From contig MU054338.1 in NCBI GenBank assembly GCA_013239625.1, forward strand, positions 808,001 to 872,000: 64,000 bases of DNA, read 5' to 3'. How positions within the stretch are numbered: position 1 is the stretch's first letter; every line of letters begins with the position of its first letter. Under the pieces are notes generated by a model. It did no database searches. It was not told the DNA's origin and saw only the letters and a list, made by a program, of their open reading frames with translations. The position numbers were made by a program, and so were the translations under genes. The DNA is from Lama guanicoe. Its lineage: Eukaryota. Positions 13,101 to 25,100 of this stretch are shown here, piece by piece.

Positions 13101-16100
13101 AGCCAGGCAACAGCAAGGTGAGGGGAGTACAGGTGGGGAGAAGCTGAGAGGTGGGGTGGGGGGAGTGGTTGGTATACACAGCCAAGTGGTTCCTGCACCC
13201 CTGCCTCCCCATGCCGCCATAAAGCTTCCCCAGGTGTGGAGGGTCACCCTGAGTTGGAGTGCATGGTGAGGCGCGGTTGTGGTCTGGAGCCTGGTGGGGT
13301 GGGTGTGGATACCTGTTCTGCATATTTGGAGGGTGCTCTAGACGTGGATGGGGGCCAACCCTAGGAGTACCTGGTGAGGTCGATGGGGTGGCATTTGGCC
13401 CTCAGGGGCTGGAGGCATTTCTGCAGTGATATGTGGGTGTGTGCGCCCCGCAGGATGCACAGCCAGGGTCTGGAATGATGAGCGCGAGGCTCTCCTGGCT
13501 GAATTGTTAGACTCCCGCCTGCTGAGAAGGAGTCACCAGGGCTGCTGTTGGCTGCCCCTGGCTGGGGAGTGCAGGTGGGCTGACTGGGGCCAGGCGATCC
13601 AAGCAGGAGTCCTACCCTGACGTCTCCTGCCCCTCGCAGGTGGAGGTGGTCTTTTGGCTTCTGTCCATGCTGGCGACGCGTGACCAGGAGGACACAGCCC
13701 GCACGCTGCTCGCCATGTCCAGCTCACCCGAGAGTTGTGTGGCCATGCGCCGCTCGGGCTGCCTGCCGCTGCTGCTGCAGATCCTGCATGGCACTGGCAC
13801 CGAGGCGGGGTCTGGGGGCCGCCATGGGAACCCTGGGGCGCCGGGAGCCAAGGACGCTCGTATGCGCGCCAACGCAGCGCTGCACAACATCGTCTTCTCC
13901 CAGCCAGACCAGGGCCTGGCGCGCAAGGAAATGCGTGTCCTGCACGTGCTGGAGCAGATACGCGCCTACTGTGAGACCTGCTGGGACTGGCTGCAGGCCC
14001 GGGACGGCGGGCCCGAGGGAAGCGGCGGTGAGTGTGCAGCTTCTGTGCGATGGATATGCAGCCCGGGCTTCCTGGGTGGTGGGGCAATGCCGTTAGCAGT
14101 AAGGACAGCCTCTGGCTTTAGCCTTGCTCTGTGCCACCCGCCAGCAGAGGCCTTGTGGGAACCTGTGAGGACAGACTGGCAAAGGGATAGCCCCTAAAAA
14201 TGACACCCTAGCGCTGCCGCCACAGGGCAGATGCTCAGGAAGTAGTCACTGATTGCATGGCTGGATTGTGGGTCACCCTGGAAACGTGGACACAGAGTTT
14301 GAGATTCCAAGCTTTTGCAGGGGGCTGCAAAATGGTTTTTTTTTTTTAATTTTTAAATTTGGATTTATTTATTTATTTAGGAGGGTAAGGGAGGTAATTA
14401 GGTCTATTTATTTACTTACTTGTAAGAGGATGTATGGGGATTGAACCCAGGACCTCACTCATGCTAAGCATGCGGTCTACCACTTGAGCTACACCCGCCG
14501 CCTCACCAGCAAAGTTAGTATCAGATGCTGAGCACCAGGCCGGGGAAGGCAGGCATCTCCTCGTTCACTTCAGAGGGTCTGTGAAGGAGGCCTGCTGCTC
14601 TAGGAGTGACCCCCACATGCCCAGCCAGCAGCAGTTTGGAAAGCTCTGGAGTCTTTGCAGGCCGGAGGGGTGGAGACTTTGGGGAGGGGCCAGCCGACAT
14701 TGCCTGGAGTGGGAGGGCTCTGACCTGGTCCCTTCGCCCACAGCCCCTGTCCCCATCGAGCCACAGATCTGCCAGGCCACCTGTGCTGTGATGAAGCTGT
14801 CGTTCGACGAGGAGTACCGCCGGGCCATGAACGAGCTGGGTGAGTGCCCACCCTCCTCCCTGAGCGCAGCCCCACCCGCATTTGGCTCGAGGCCTCCGTG
14901 CTTCGTTCAGACCAGGGCAGGCTCTCAGCCCTTGTGGTCCCGAGGCTCAGAGAACAGCGAAGAGGCCAGGAAGCCAACTGCAAAGGGAAGGTTCCAGCTC
15001 AGTGCGCAGAGCTCCAGGGCGGGGCGGGGCGGGGCCACCCTGTGAAGTTGAGGTTTGCGAGCGTTACCGCAGCTCTTCCTCCACATAACAATACTGGCAA
15101 TGTGGGAAAGGAAAGACCAAGGGCCAAAAATCCCGTCAGTGTGCTCAGCTTGACTCTAATGGTTACAAAATGAGGCACCACTTCTCACCCAGCATGTGGT
15201 CAAAGTGGTCAGTTTTGTAGGATCTCACTGTGATCCTCCACCCCATGTGGAAATGGGTTCGAACCCAGTGGAGGAGAGCTTTCTGAAGGGGCGATTTTGT
15301 CTTGACTTTTATTTGTATGTATATAGTGGAGGTACTGGGGATTGACCCGAGGACCTCAAGCATGCTAAGTGGGAGCTTTTCACTCTGTACCCCTGAGCTA
15401 TACCCTGCCTCCTCCAGGGGCATTTGGAATAACGGACACTTTAAGAGAGGAGACGCCTCGAGTCCCCACCCCCGGCCCCCGGCTAGGGGCTTATCCTCTG
15501 GCTGGATTTACATACAGAGGTGCAGGGAAACAAGCAAGGCAGCCACCCACCCAAGTGAGACCCCCACCCCGACACAGCAGGAGTGCCCGACGGCAGGGGG
15601 CCGGTCAGACGCAGCAGCCCGTTAGACAGACTTCTTCAGTTCTCCATGGGTCGATGGGGGGACAGTACACCCAGAGAATAGGGGCTGTCCTCCCCGCCAG
15701 CAATGAGGGGCAGGAAGGAGAATTTCCGGTTTCATGGCAACCCCTTCTGACAAACGCACACTAGGAACACGTGCCCCTTCCACGTGATAAAACAGCGGTT
15801 CTCACGGCGGGGTCCCGGGACCCCTGGGGGCTACCAAGTTCCTTCCAAGAGGTCTGCAAAGGCACTGTCATGTGGGTAAGCTAACAACCGGCCTTTTCCA
15901 TGCTCGTTCTCTCATGTGCACGTGTCCAGTGGGGCTTTCCACACCCTCCGACTCTGAGGACCACTGGGCTGCGCGTTCTGGGGTTCAGAGGTTTCTCCAT
16001 TTTAGTTTCTAGTCTGGTAAATTTTGCGAGCTGTAACCCACCTGAACGAAAACTCTCTGGGGTCCTCAAAAAATGTTCAGAGTGTGCAGGGGTCCCAAGA

Positions 16101-19100
16101 CCAGAATGCTTGCTTGCCACTGGTGGCCAGGGCCCCACTCAGGTGAGCAGTCCCTTAGTTCCCGGAAAAGTGCTCCACCCATAGCTCAGCTCAGTTCACT
16201 CTTTTTTTGTTGTTGTTGTTATTTTTTTCCTTTGTGTGGGTTCCCAGGAGTGGAGTTTCTACATTAAGAAGCAAAAAGCCTTTGGAATTTCCCCCCCTCA
16301 ACTTCTAGTTATGTATTTAAACATTTTTAAAACTGTGGTAAAATGTGATTGTGGTAAAATGTGTATGTATTATATAAATGTGGTAAAACATATAAAATTC
16401 ACCTTCTTAGCCATGCGTAAGGGCACAGCTCGGTGGCATTAGGTACATCCATGCTGTGCCAGCAACCGCAGCACCCTTCTCCAGCACTTCGTCACCTTCC
16501 CAAACTGAACCTTTGTCCGCGTTAAACACTGACTCCTCCTCCCCCTCCCCAGCTGTGACAGCCAGGAGCCCCCTCCCTGGGTCTGGGGACTGGCCTGTTC
16601 TGGACGCCTCACATCCATGGAGTCACACGCTGCGTGTCCTTCTGTGTCTGCTTCTCTCACTGAGCATCGTGCTCTCAGGGTCCGTCCACGTGGGAGCGGG
16701 CGTCAGAGCTTCTCCCCTTTTCGTGGCTGAGTGACCTCCCACGTGGGGAGGGACACGGTGTGTGTCTGTCATCTGTTGATGGACCCTCAAGTTGTTGCCA
16801 CCTTCTGGCTGTCGTGACTCGTGCTGTGCAAGTGCATGTGTGGCTCACTTTGGGAGTTTTCTGGTTTGTGTTGCCTGCCTTCCCCAGGATGCTCCTTACC
16901 GGCATGCCCATCAGCAAAATTGCTTGTCCAGCACAGGAGGAGCCATTGCTGAGTGGGGGGTGGGGGTGGCAGCTGGTGTTTGGGTTCCTGCGGGCTCTTT
17001 CCCTTCTACTCACGCTGACCATTCTCCTCCCCAACATTCATTCTCTTTGTAAAGTGAAAATCCTTTCCCTAGTGAGTGAAGAATTGTGTGTGCAGGTCAC
17101 AGGCACCCGGTCCTGCCCTCAGTGGCTCATAGTCTAATGGTCTTAGGGGCTTCTCATCTGGGGAGTCACGGGGCTTCCCTGAGCAGGTGACTCTTGAGCA
17201 GAAGGGGACCCAGGAGACTGGGTGAATAGCAGGGAACAGCATCCAGGCACAGGGAGCAGCATGTGCAAAGGCCCCGCAGACGAAGTGTGACTGAAGGCTG
17301 AGGGCAGAAAGGAGGCGAGTGTGGAGCTGCAGGGCAGCCTGACTGGTGGCAGGCTGCCTGGAGGTGGTGTCCCCAGAGTTGAGCTTCAAAGGTGGACCTG
17401 GGGGAGAGCTGATCTGGCAGTGGGATGGAGGGGAGGATGTCTAACCAGAGGAACTGTGTGGGCAGAGGCTGGGAGGAGGGCAGGTGGTTTGGGATGCTTG
17501 CCCGCCCCCAGCGCTGCCGTGTCCCCCCAGGTGGGCTGCAGGCCGTGGCAGAGTTACTGCAGGTTGACTACGAGATGCACAAGATGACCCAGGACCCTCT
17601 GAACCTGGCCCTGCGCCGATATGCTGGCATGACACTCACCAACCTCACCTTCGGGGATGTTGCCAACAAGGTGCGTGGGCAGGCGGCGGGGCAGCAGCCC
17701 CTCAGGTCTAAGCCCCCTTTGTCCTCATCCCTGCTTCAAAGTAGCACTGGGAGGTGGGGACAGGTGTTCCCAATTTACAGGTGGGGAGACTGAGGCCCAG
17801 AGCCTCCCTCAGGCAGGATACTGTCCTCTTGGCCGCTCTGCTGCTGCCCCCAGAGGGGCACCTCTGGGTAGGCGGGGGTTGGGGTGGGGCTGGTGTCTGT
17901 GCCTCCGGAGCTTCAGTTTCCGCATCTGAAGGGCGACTGCTCCCTCCCCCTCCCCCGTGATGGTGAAGATGGGAGGTTGGGGTCCAAATGCTAGCACACA
18001 GTAAGTACTCCATTAGCATGGGAGGGGGCCCTCCTGCCACAGCGTGACTTTCCTGCGTCACCCACAGGCCACGCTGTGCGCCCGCCGGGGCTGCATGGAG
18101 GCCATCGTGGCCCAGCTGGCGTCTGAGAGCGAGGAGCTCCACCAGGTACCCGGAGGGTGGCGCCTCGGTGTGGTGTCCGCTGCTGGCGGCAGGGTTAAGG
18201 GCAGGGGTGGGGTTGCCTCTGGAGCCTGGCCCGGGCCCAAGGTGCCTGCTCTGCGCCTGCGCAGGTGGTGTCCAGCATCCTGCGGAACCTGTCCTGGCGG
18301 GCTGACATCAACAGCAAGAAGGTGCTGAGGGAGGTGGGCAGCATGACTGCCCTGACGCAGTGCGTCCTGCGAGCCACCAAGGTGGGCGCTGGCTGGGGTG
18401 CTGGGCTGGGGCCAGGGGAAAGGGGGCCACCAAGGCTGCTAAGCGCGAGCCAGGGGTCAGGGAGACACTGGCGGCAGGTGGTGAGTTCTCTGTCTTGGGA
18501 GGAAATCAAGCCAAACCACCTGCCACTTGGCAGGTGGTCCAGGCCTGGGGCTTCCAACCAGGGGACAGTGGATCCCATTACTTTTTACTTTTACTTGAAA
18601 ACGCGTTTGGGTGTTATTTGTCGCTGCCTCGATGGGGAGGGTCCCTGCGGTGGGGCTGGGCCTGGGGCCCTCACTGCTGACCCCCTCCTGCTCCTCCCTG
18701 TGCCCAGGAGTCCACCCTAAAGAGTGTGCTCAGCGCCCTGTGGAACCTCTCAGCGCACAGCACGGAGAACAAGGCCGCCATCTGCCAGGTGGATGGCGCC
18801 CTGGGCTTCCTGGTGAGCACGCTGACCTACAAGTGCCAGAGCAACTCGCTGGCCATCATCGAGAGCGGCGGCGGCATCCTGCGCAACGTGTCCAGCCTCG
18901 TCGCCACCCGCGAGGACTACAGGTCGGCCCCGCCGCCCTAGGGGCAGCGCGGGGAGGGCGCGGGGATGGTGGGCCCTTGGGACGGGGGCGGCTACTAAAT
19001 TTTACGTTAGTTTGGTAAAAATACATGCAATTTTCTAAATAATATTAATGAATATTTGTTCTTCATGAAAATATTATTCACTGAGTAATATTAATAAGTA

Positions 19101-22100
19101 AACACTATTCTTTATTAATATACTTATTATTTAGTAGTTAACATTTATAATAAGCAATGCTTCTAATGTATGCAAATACATAAATCTTTTTAGTGTAAGT
19201 GTATCCTAAACATTGCATGGGATATACTTCTACTAAATTTTAAATCAATTCATACAAAATATATAATTTTCTAAAAAATAATATTCTTTATGAAAATAAA
19301 TACAATATTCACTAAATAGTGTTAATAAACATTACTTGAATAACAAGCATTTATTGCTTACTAGGTAACAATAATAATGCTTCTAATGTAGGCAAATACA
19401 TACTTTTTTTAGTGTAAGTATATACCAAATATTGCAAGGGATATACTTACATTGAATTTTCCTTTATTCAAATAAAAACGTACCACTTTTTTAGATAACA
19501 GTAAAGCTTATTATTTACTAAATAAAATATCACTTAAGACTAATAAAAAGTAATGCTTCAATGTATGAAAACACTTTTTTTGGTATATCCCAGGATATAC
19601 TTGTGCTAAAGATTTTATCAAAATAAAAATTTGTTTGCAAATCAATGTGATACACTGTATCAACAAAAGACAAAAACCACACAGTCATCTCAATAGATGC
19701 AGAAAAAGCATTTGATAAAAGTCAACATCCATTCATGACAAACACTCTCACCAAAGTGGGTAGAGAGGGAACATATCTCAACATAATAAAAGCCATTTAT
19801 GACAAACCCGCAGCCAGCACACTACTCAGCAGTAAAACGCTGAAAGCCTTCCTGCTAACATCTGGAACAGGACAAGGACGCCCACTCTCACCGCTTCTAG
19901 TCAACACAGGGCTGGAAGTCCTGGCCACAGGAACCAGGCAAGAGGAAGAAAGAGAAGGGGTCCAATCTGGAAGGGAAGAGGTAGAACTGTCCCTAGACGC
20001 AGATGACATGATGCTATAGACAGAAAGCCCTGAGGGCTCCACGCAAGAACGACTAGAGCTGATAGAAGAATTCAGCAAGGCGGCAGGACGCAAGGTAACA
20101 TACAGAAATCTACTGCACTTCTTCACACTAACAATGAAATAGCAGAGAAGGAGAGCAAAGAAACAATCCCTCTTAAAAACTGGATCAAAAAAATACTTAG
20201 GAGCAAGCCTGACGGAGGAGGTGAAAGACGCACACCCTGAGACCCGGAGAACACCGACTAAGGGAGTTAAAGACGGCTGAAGGCACGGGAAGGCAGCCCA
20301 TGCTCTTGGATTGGAAGAGTTAATAGTGTTAAAATGGCCACGCTACCCAAAGCAACCCTTACAGATTTAATGCGATCTCTATCAAATTACCCAGGACATT
20401 TTTCACAAAACTAAAACAAATAATCCTAAAATTTATATGGAATCACAAAAGACCCAGAACTGCCAAAACAATACTTTTAGGAAAAAGAACGAAACTGGAA
20501 GCATAACCCTCCCAGACTTCTGACAATACTACAAAGTTACAGTGGTCAGAACAGCATGATGTTGGCACAAAAACAGACTTATGGATCAATGGGCCAAACA
20601 GAGAGCGCGGAAATAAACGCACACACCTGTGGTCAGTTACTCTTTGACAAAAGAGGCAAGATTATACAATGGGGAAAGGACAGTCCCTTCGGCAAGAGGC
20701 TCTGGGAAAGCTGGACAGCTCCATGCAAATCAGTGACGTCAGAACCCTCCCTCACGCCACACACAGAAATAAACTCAAAAAGTCTTAAAGACTTAAACAT
20801 AAGACAGGACACCATAAATCTAGACAAGAACACAGGCAAAACATTCTCTGACATAAATCACAGCAGTGTTCTCCTAGTTCAGTCTACCCAGGCAACAGAA
20901 ATAAAAGCAAAAATAAACAACAAAGGAAGCCATGAACAGAACAAAAGGACAACCTACAGACTGGAAGAAAATACTTGCAAGTGGTGTGACTGACAAGGGC
21001 TTCACTTCCAGAATATACAAACAGCTCATACAACTCAATACAAAGGAACAAACAACCCAATCAAAAAACGGGCAGAAGACCTACATAGACATTTCTCCAA
21101 AGAAAACATCTAGATGGCCAACAGGCACGTGAAAAGATGCTCAACATCCCTAGTTATCAGAGAAAAGCAAATCAAAGCCACAGTGACGCACCACCTCACA
21201 CCAGTCAGAATGGCCATTATTCAAAAATCCACAGTAAACGCTGGAGAGGGTGTGGAGAAAAGGGAGCCCTCCTACATACTGGTAGGAGTGTAGTTTCGTG
21301 CAGCCATTATGGAAAACAGTATGGAGATTCCTTAAAAAACTAAAAATAGACTTACCGTATGATCCAGCTATCCCACTCCTGGGCATACATCTGGAAAAGA
21401 AAAAAACTCTAATTTGAAAAGATACATGCACCTCAGTGGTCACAGCAGCACTATTTACAGCAGCCAAGACATGGAAGCAACCTAAATGTCCATCAGCAGA
21501 AGACTGGATAAAGAAAATGCGGTGTACATACATATATGATGGAATACTAGTCAGCCATAAAAAAACGAAATAATGCCATTTGCAGCAACATGGATGGACC
21601 CAGAGATTATTAGTCAGACAAAGACAGATATTATATGATACCACTTATATGCTGAATTTAAAATACGATGCAAGTGAACTTATTTACAAAACAGAGACAC
21701 AGAGAAAACAAACTTACTGTTACCAAAGGGGAAGTAGGGGGAAGGGATAAATTAGGAGTCTGGGATTAGCAGCTACAAACTGCTATATATAAAATAGATA
21801 AACAACAGGGAACTACATTCAATATCTTGTAATAACCTATAATGAAAAAGAATATATATTATGTAAAACTGAATCACTTTGCTTTACACCAGAAACTAAC
21901 ACAACATGGTAAAATCAACTATACTTCAATTTAAAAATTTTTTTCAATTTATTAAATAATGCTAATGAATTAATAAAAAGTATTTTTTAAAGCAAGCAAA
22001 AATCAGTCTTTAGTATACCCCAAACACCACAAGGCTTAGGTGCATTAAAATGAGATATACTAGAACTATTCACTTTAAAAGATAAACATTATTTTTTAAA

Positions 22101-25100
22101 AAGAGAAATATTACTATGTTAGCATTATTTTATTCAATAAGTATTTCATTGCTATTAATAAATAAAAGTTTATTAAAAGCACAGCCCATTTGATATTTGA
22201 GATATACTTATACTAAATATTTAATCTCTTTCCTGAAATTCAAAGTTACCTGGGCACCTCCTTTTCGCTGCTGGTGGGATGCGGGCAGTCAGGGCGGGGC
22301 GGCGGGTGGGGCCTGACCGCTCCTCCGCAGGCAGGTGCTGCGGGACCACAACTGCCTGCAGACGCTGCTGCAGCACCTGACATCGCACAGCCTGACCATC
22401 GTGAGCAACGCGTGTGGCACGCTGTGGAACCTGTCGGCCCGCAGCCCCCGCGACCAGGAACTGCTGTGGGACCTGGGCGCCGTGGGCATGCTGCGCAACC
22501 TGGTGCACTCCAAGCACAAGATGATCGCCATGGGCAGCGCTGCCGCCCTGCGCAACCTGCTGGCCCACCGGCCGGCCAAGTACCAGGCGGCCGCCACCGC
22601 CGTCTCCCCCGGCGCCTGCGCGCCCAGCCTGTACGTGCGGAAGCAGCGCGCGCTGGAGGCCGAGCTGGACGCGCGGCACCTGGCCCAGGCGCTTGACCAC
22701 CTGGAGAAACAGGGCCCACCAGAGGCCGAGACCGAGGCCTCCTCCAAGAAGCCCCTGCCGCCCCTGCGGCACCTGGACGGCCTGGCCCAGGACTACGCCT
22801 CTGACTCGGGCTGCTTCGACGACGACGACGCGCCCTCCCTGGCCACAGCCGCTGCCGCCACCGCCGCCACTGAGCCTGCCAGCCCCGCCGTGCTGCCCCT
22901 CTTCCTGGGCAGCCCCTTCCTGCAGGGGCAGGCGCTGGCCCGTGCCCCGCCCACCCGCCGTGGTGGCCTGGAGGCAGAGAAGGAGGCCGGTGGGGAGGCA
23001 GCGGTGGCGGCCAGGGCCAAGGCCAAGCTGGCGCTGGCGGTAGCGCGGATCAACCGGCTGGTGGAGGACATCTCGGCCCTCCACACCTCGTCCGACGACA
23101 GCTTCAGCCTCAGCTCTGGGGACCCCGGACAGGAAGCTCCGAGAGAGGGGCGTGCACAATCCTGCTCCCCTTGCCGGGGGCCGGAGGGTGGGCGGCGGGA
23201 GGCCGGCAGCCGAGCTCACCCGCTGCTGCGGCTCAAGGCGGCCCACGCCAGCCTCTCCAACGACAGTCTTAACAGCGGTAGCACTAGCGACGGGCACGGT
23301 CCCCGCGAGCACTCGAGGCCCAGCCAGCTGGCGGCGCTGGTGGAGCACCGAGAGGGTCCCTTGTGTGGCCAGGAGCGGCCGAGCCGGCTTGACCTCCACC
23401 TGCCCGGCAGCCAGGCTGAGCCAGCAGCCCGGCACAGCGTGGCCACCGATGCCCAAGTGCGCACCATCAAGCTGTCACCCACCTACCAACACGTGCCATT
23501 GCTTGAGGGCACTGCGCCCCTGGCAGCTGGGGCCCGGAAACAGGCCTGGCTGCCCACAGAGGGCCTGAGCAAGGTCCCCGAGAAGCTGGTAGCCGAAGCC
23601 ACACCTCTCTGCCTGTCCCGCTGCAGCTCCCTGTCCTCACTGTCCTCGGCCGGCCACCCGGGCCACAGTGAGGCTGGGGACCTGGACGACAGTGATTCGT
23701 CCCTGGAGGGGCTGGAGGAGGCCGGCCCCCGAAAGGCAGAGCTGGAAGGGGTCTGGCGAGGGCCAGGGACTGCCTCGCTGCCTATGGCCATCCCGGTGTC
23801 CCGGCAGGGTCGTGGGCTCGGGGTGGAGGATGCCACACCCTCAAGCTCATCTGAGAACTGTGTGCAGGAGACACCGCTGGTGCTGAGCCGCTGCAGCTCC
23901 GTCAGCTCGCTGGGCAGCTTTGAGAGCCCGTCCATCGCCAGCTCCATCCCCAGTGACCCGTGCAGCGGGCTGGGCAGTGGCACGGTCAGCCCCAGTGAGC
24001 TGCCCGACAGCCCCGGACAGACCATGCCGCCAAGCCGCAGCAAGACGCCGCCACTGGCCCTGGCACCGCCAGGCGAGCGGGAGGCCACCCAGTTCAGCCT
24101 GCAGTGGGAGAGCTATGTGAAACGCTTCCTGGACATCGCCGACTGCCGGGAGCGCTGCCGGCTGCCGTCCGAGCTGGACGCGGGCAGCGTGCGCTTCACG
24201 GTGGAGAAGCCGGATGAGAACTTCTCCTGCGCCTCCAGCCTCAGCGCGCTGGCCCTGCATGAGCTCTACGTGCAGAAGGACGTGGAGCTGCGGCTGCTGC
24301 CCCCGGCCGGCCCCGAGCGCGGCCGCGGCGGAGGCGGAGGCCCGGGCCCCCACCTGACTGGGCATCGCCGGCTGGACGAGGCTGGTGTTCGCCTCGAGGG
24401 GCCAACATCCACTGACCAGGAGCTGGAGCGGTTGCGTGACTGCCTTGGTGCAGCCGTGCCTGCCCGGCTCCGCAAGGTGGCCTCCGCACTAGTGCCTGGC
24501 CGGCGTGCACTACCTGTGCCGGTCTACATGCTGGTGCCTGCCCCGGCCCGGGAGGATGACTCCTGCACTGACTCGGCCGAGGGCACGCCGGTCAACTTCT
24601 CCAGTGCCGCCTCGCTCAGCGATGAGACGCTGCAGGGACCACACAGGGATGGTGGGCGTGTAGATGGCCAGAAGCCCGCAGGCCGCACCGCCCCCACAAA
24701 GCAGCCTGCAGGACACCAGCACAGGGCAGGAGGTATGGGCCGGAAAACAGAGCAGCCCCGAGGGGCTGGCAGGAGCCGGGCGGGGTTGGAGCTGCCCCTC
24801 CGCAGGCCCCCGAGCGCCTGCGGGGACAGGGAAAGCTCGTGCCCAGGTCGGGCGCGTGGGGATGGGGCCCTGCAGTCTCTGTGCCTCACGACACCCACCG
24901 AGGAGGCGGTGTACTGCTTCTGTGGCAATGACTCGGACGAGGAGCCACCCACAGCAGTGGCGGTGGCGCCCCCACGGCGGGTATCCGCCATCCCCCGGGC
25001 GGTGAAGAGGGAGCGCCTGGCTGGTGGCATGAAAGAGGCACAGGTTGCACCCAAGGCCATGCCCACGGCCGCGCCGCCCGCCCGGGCCCAGCCCAGCCTC

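Noticed and set aside
14420..14500. tRNA-like A/B boxes (also ~15330-15410 and ~63600-63660)
   Set aside because: These are SINE heads with A-rich tails, not intact tRNA cloverleafs.
19735..21343. Reverse-transcriptase-like ORFs
   Set aside because: Fragments of a decayed, 5'-truncated L1 with frameshifts and stops; not an active gene or a novel RT system.
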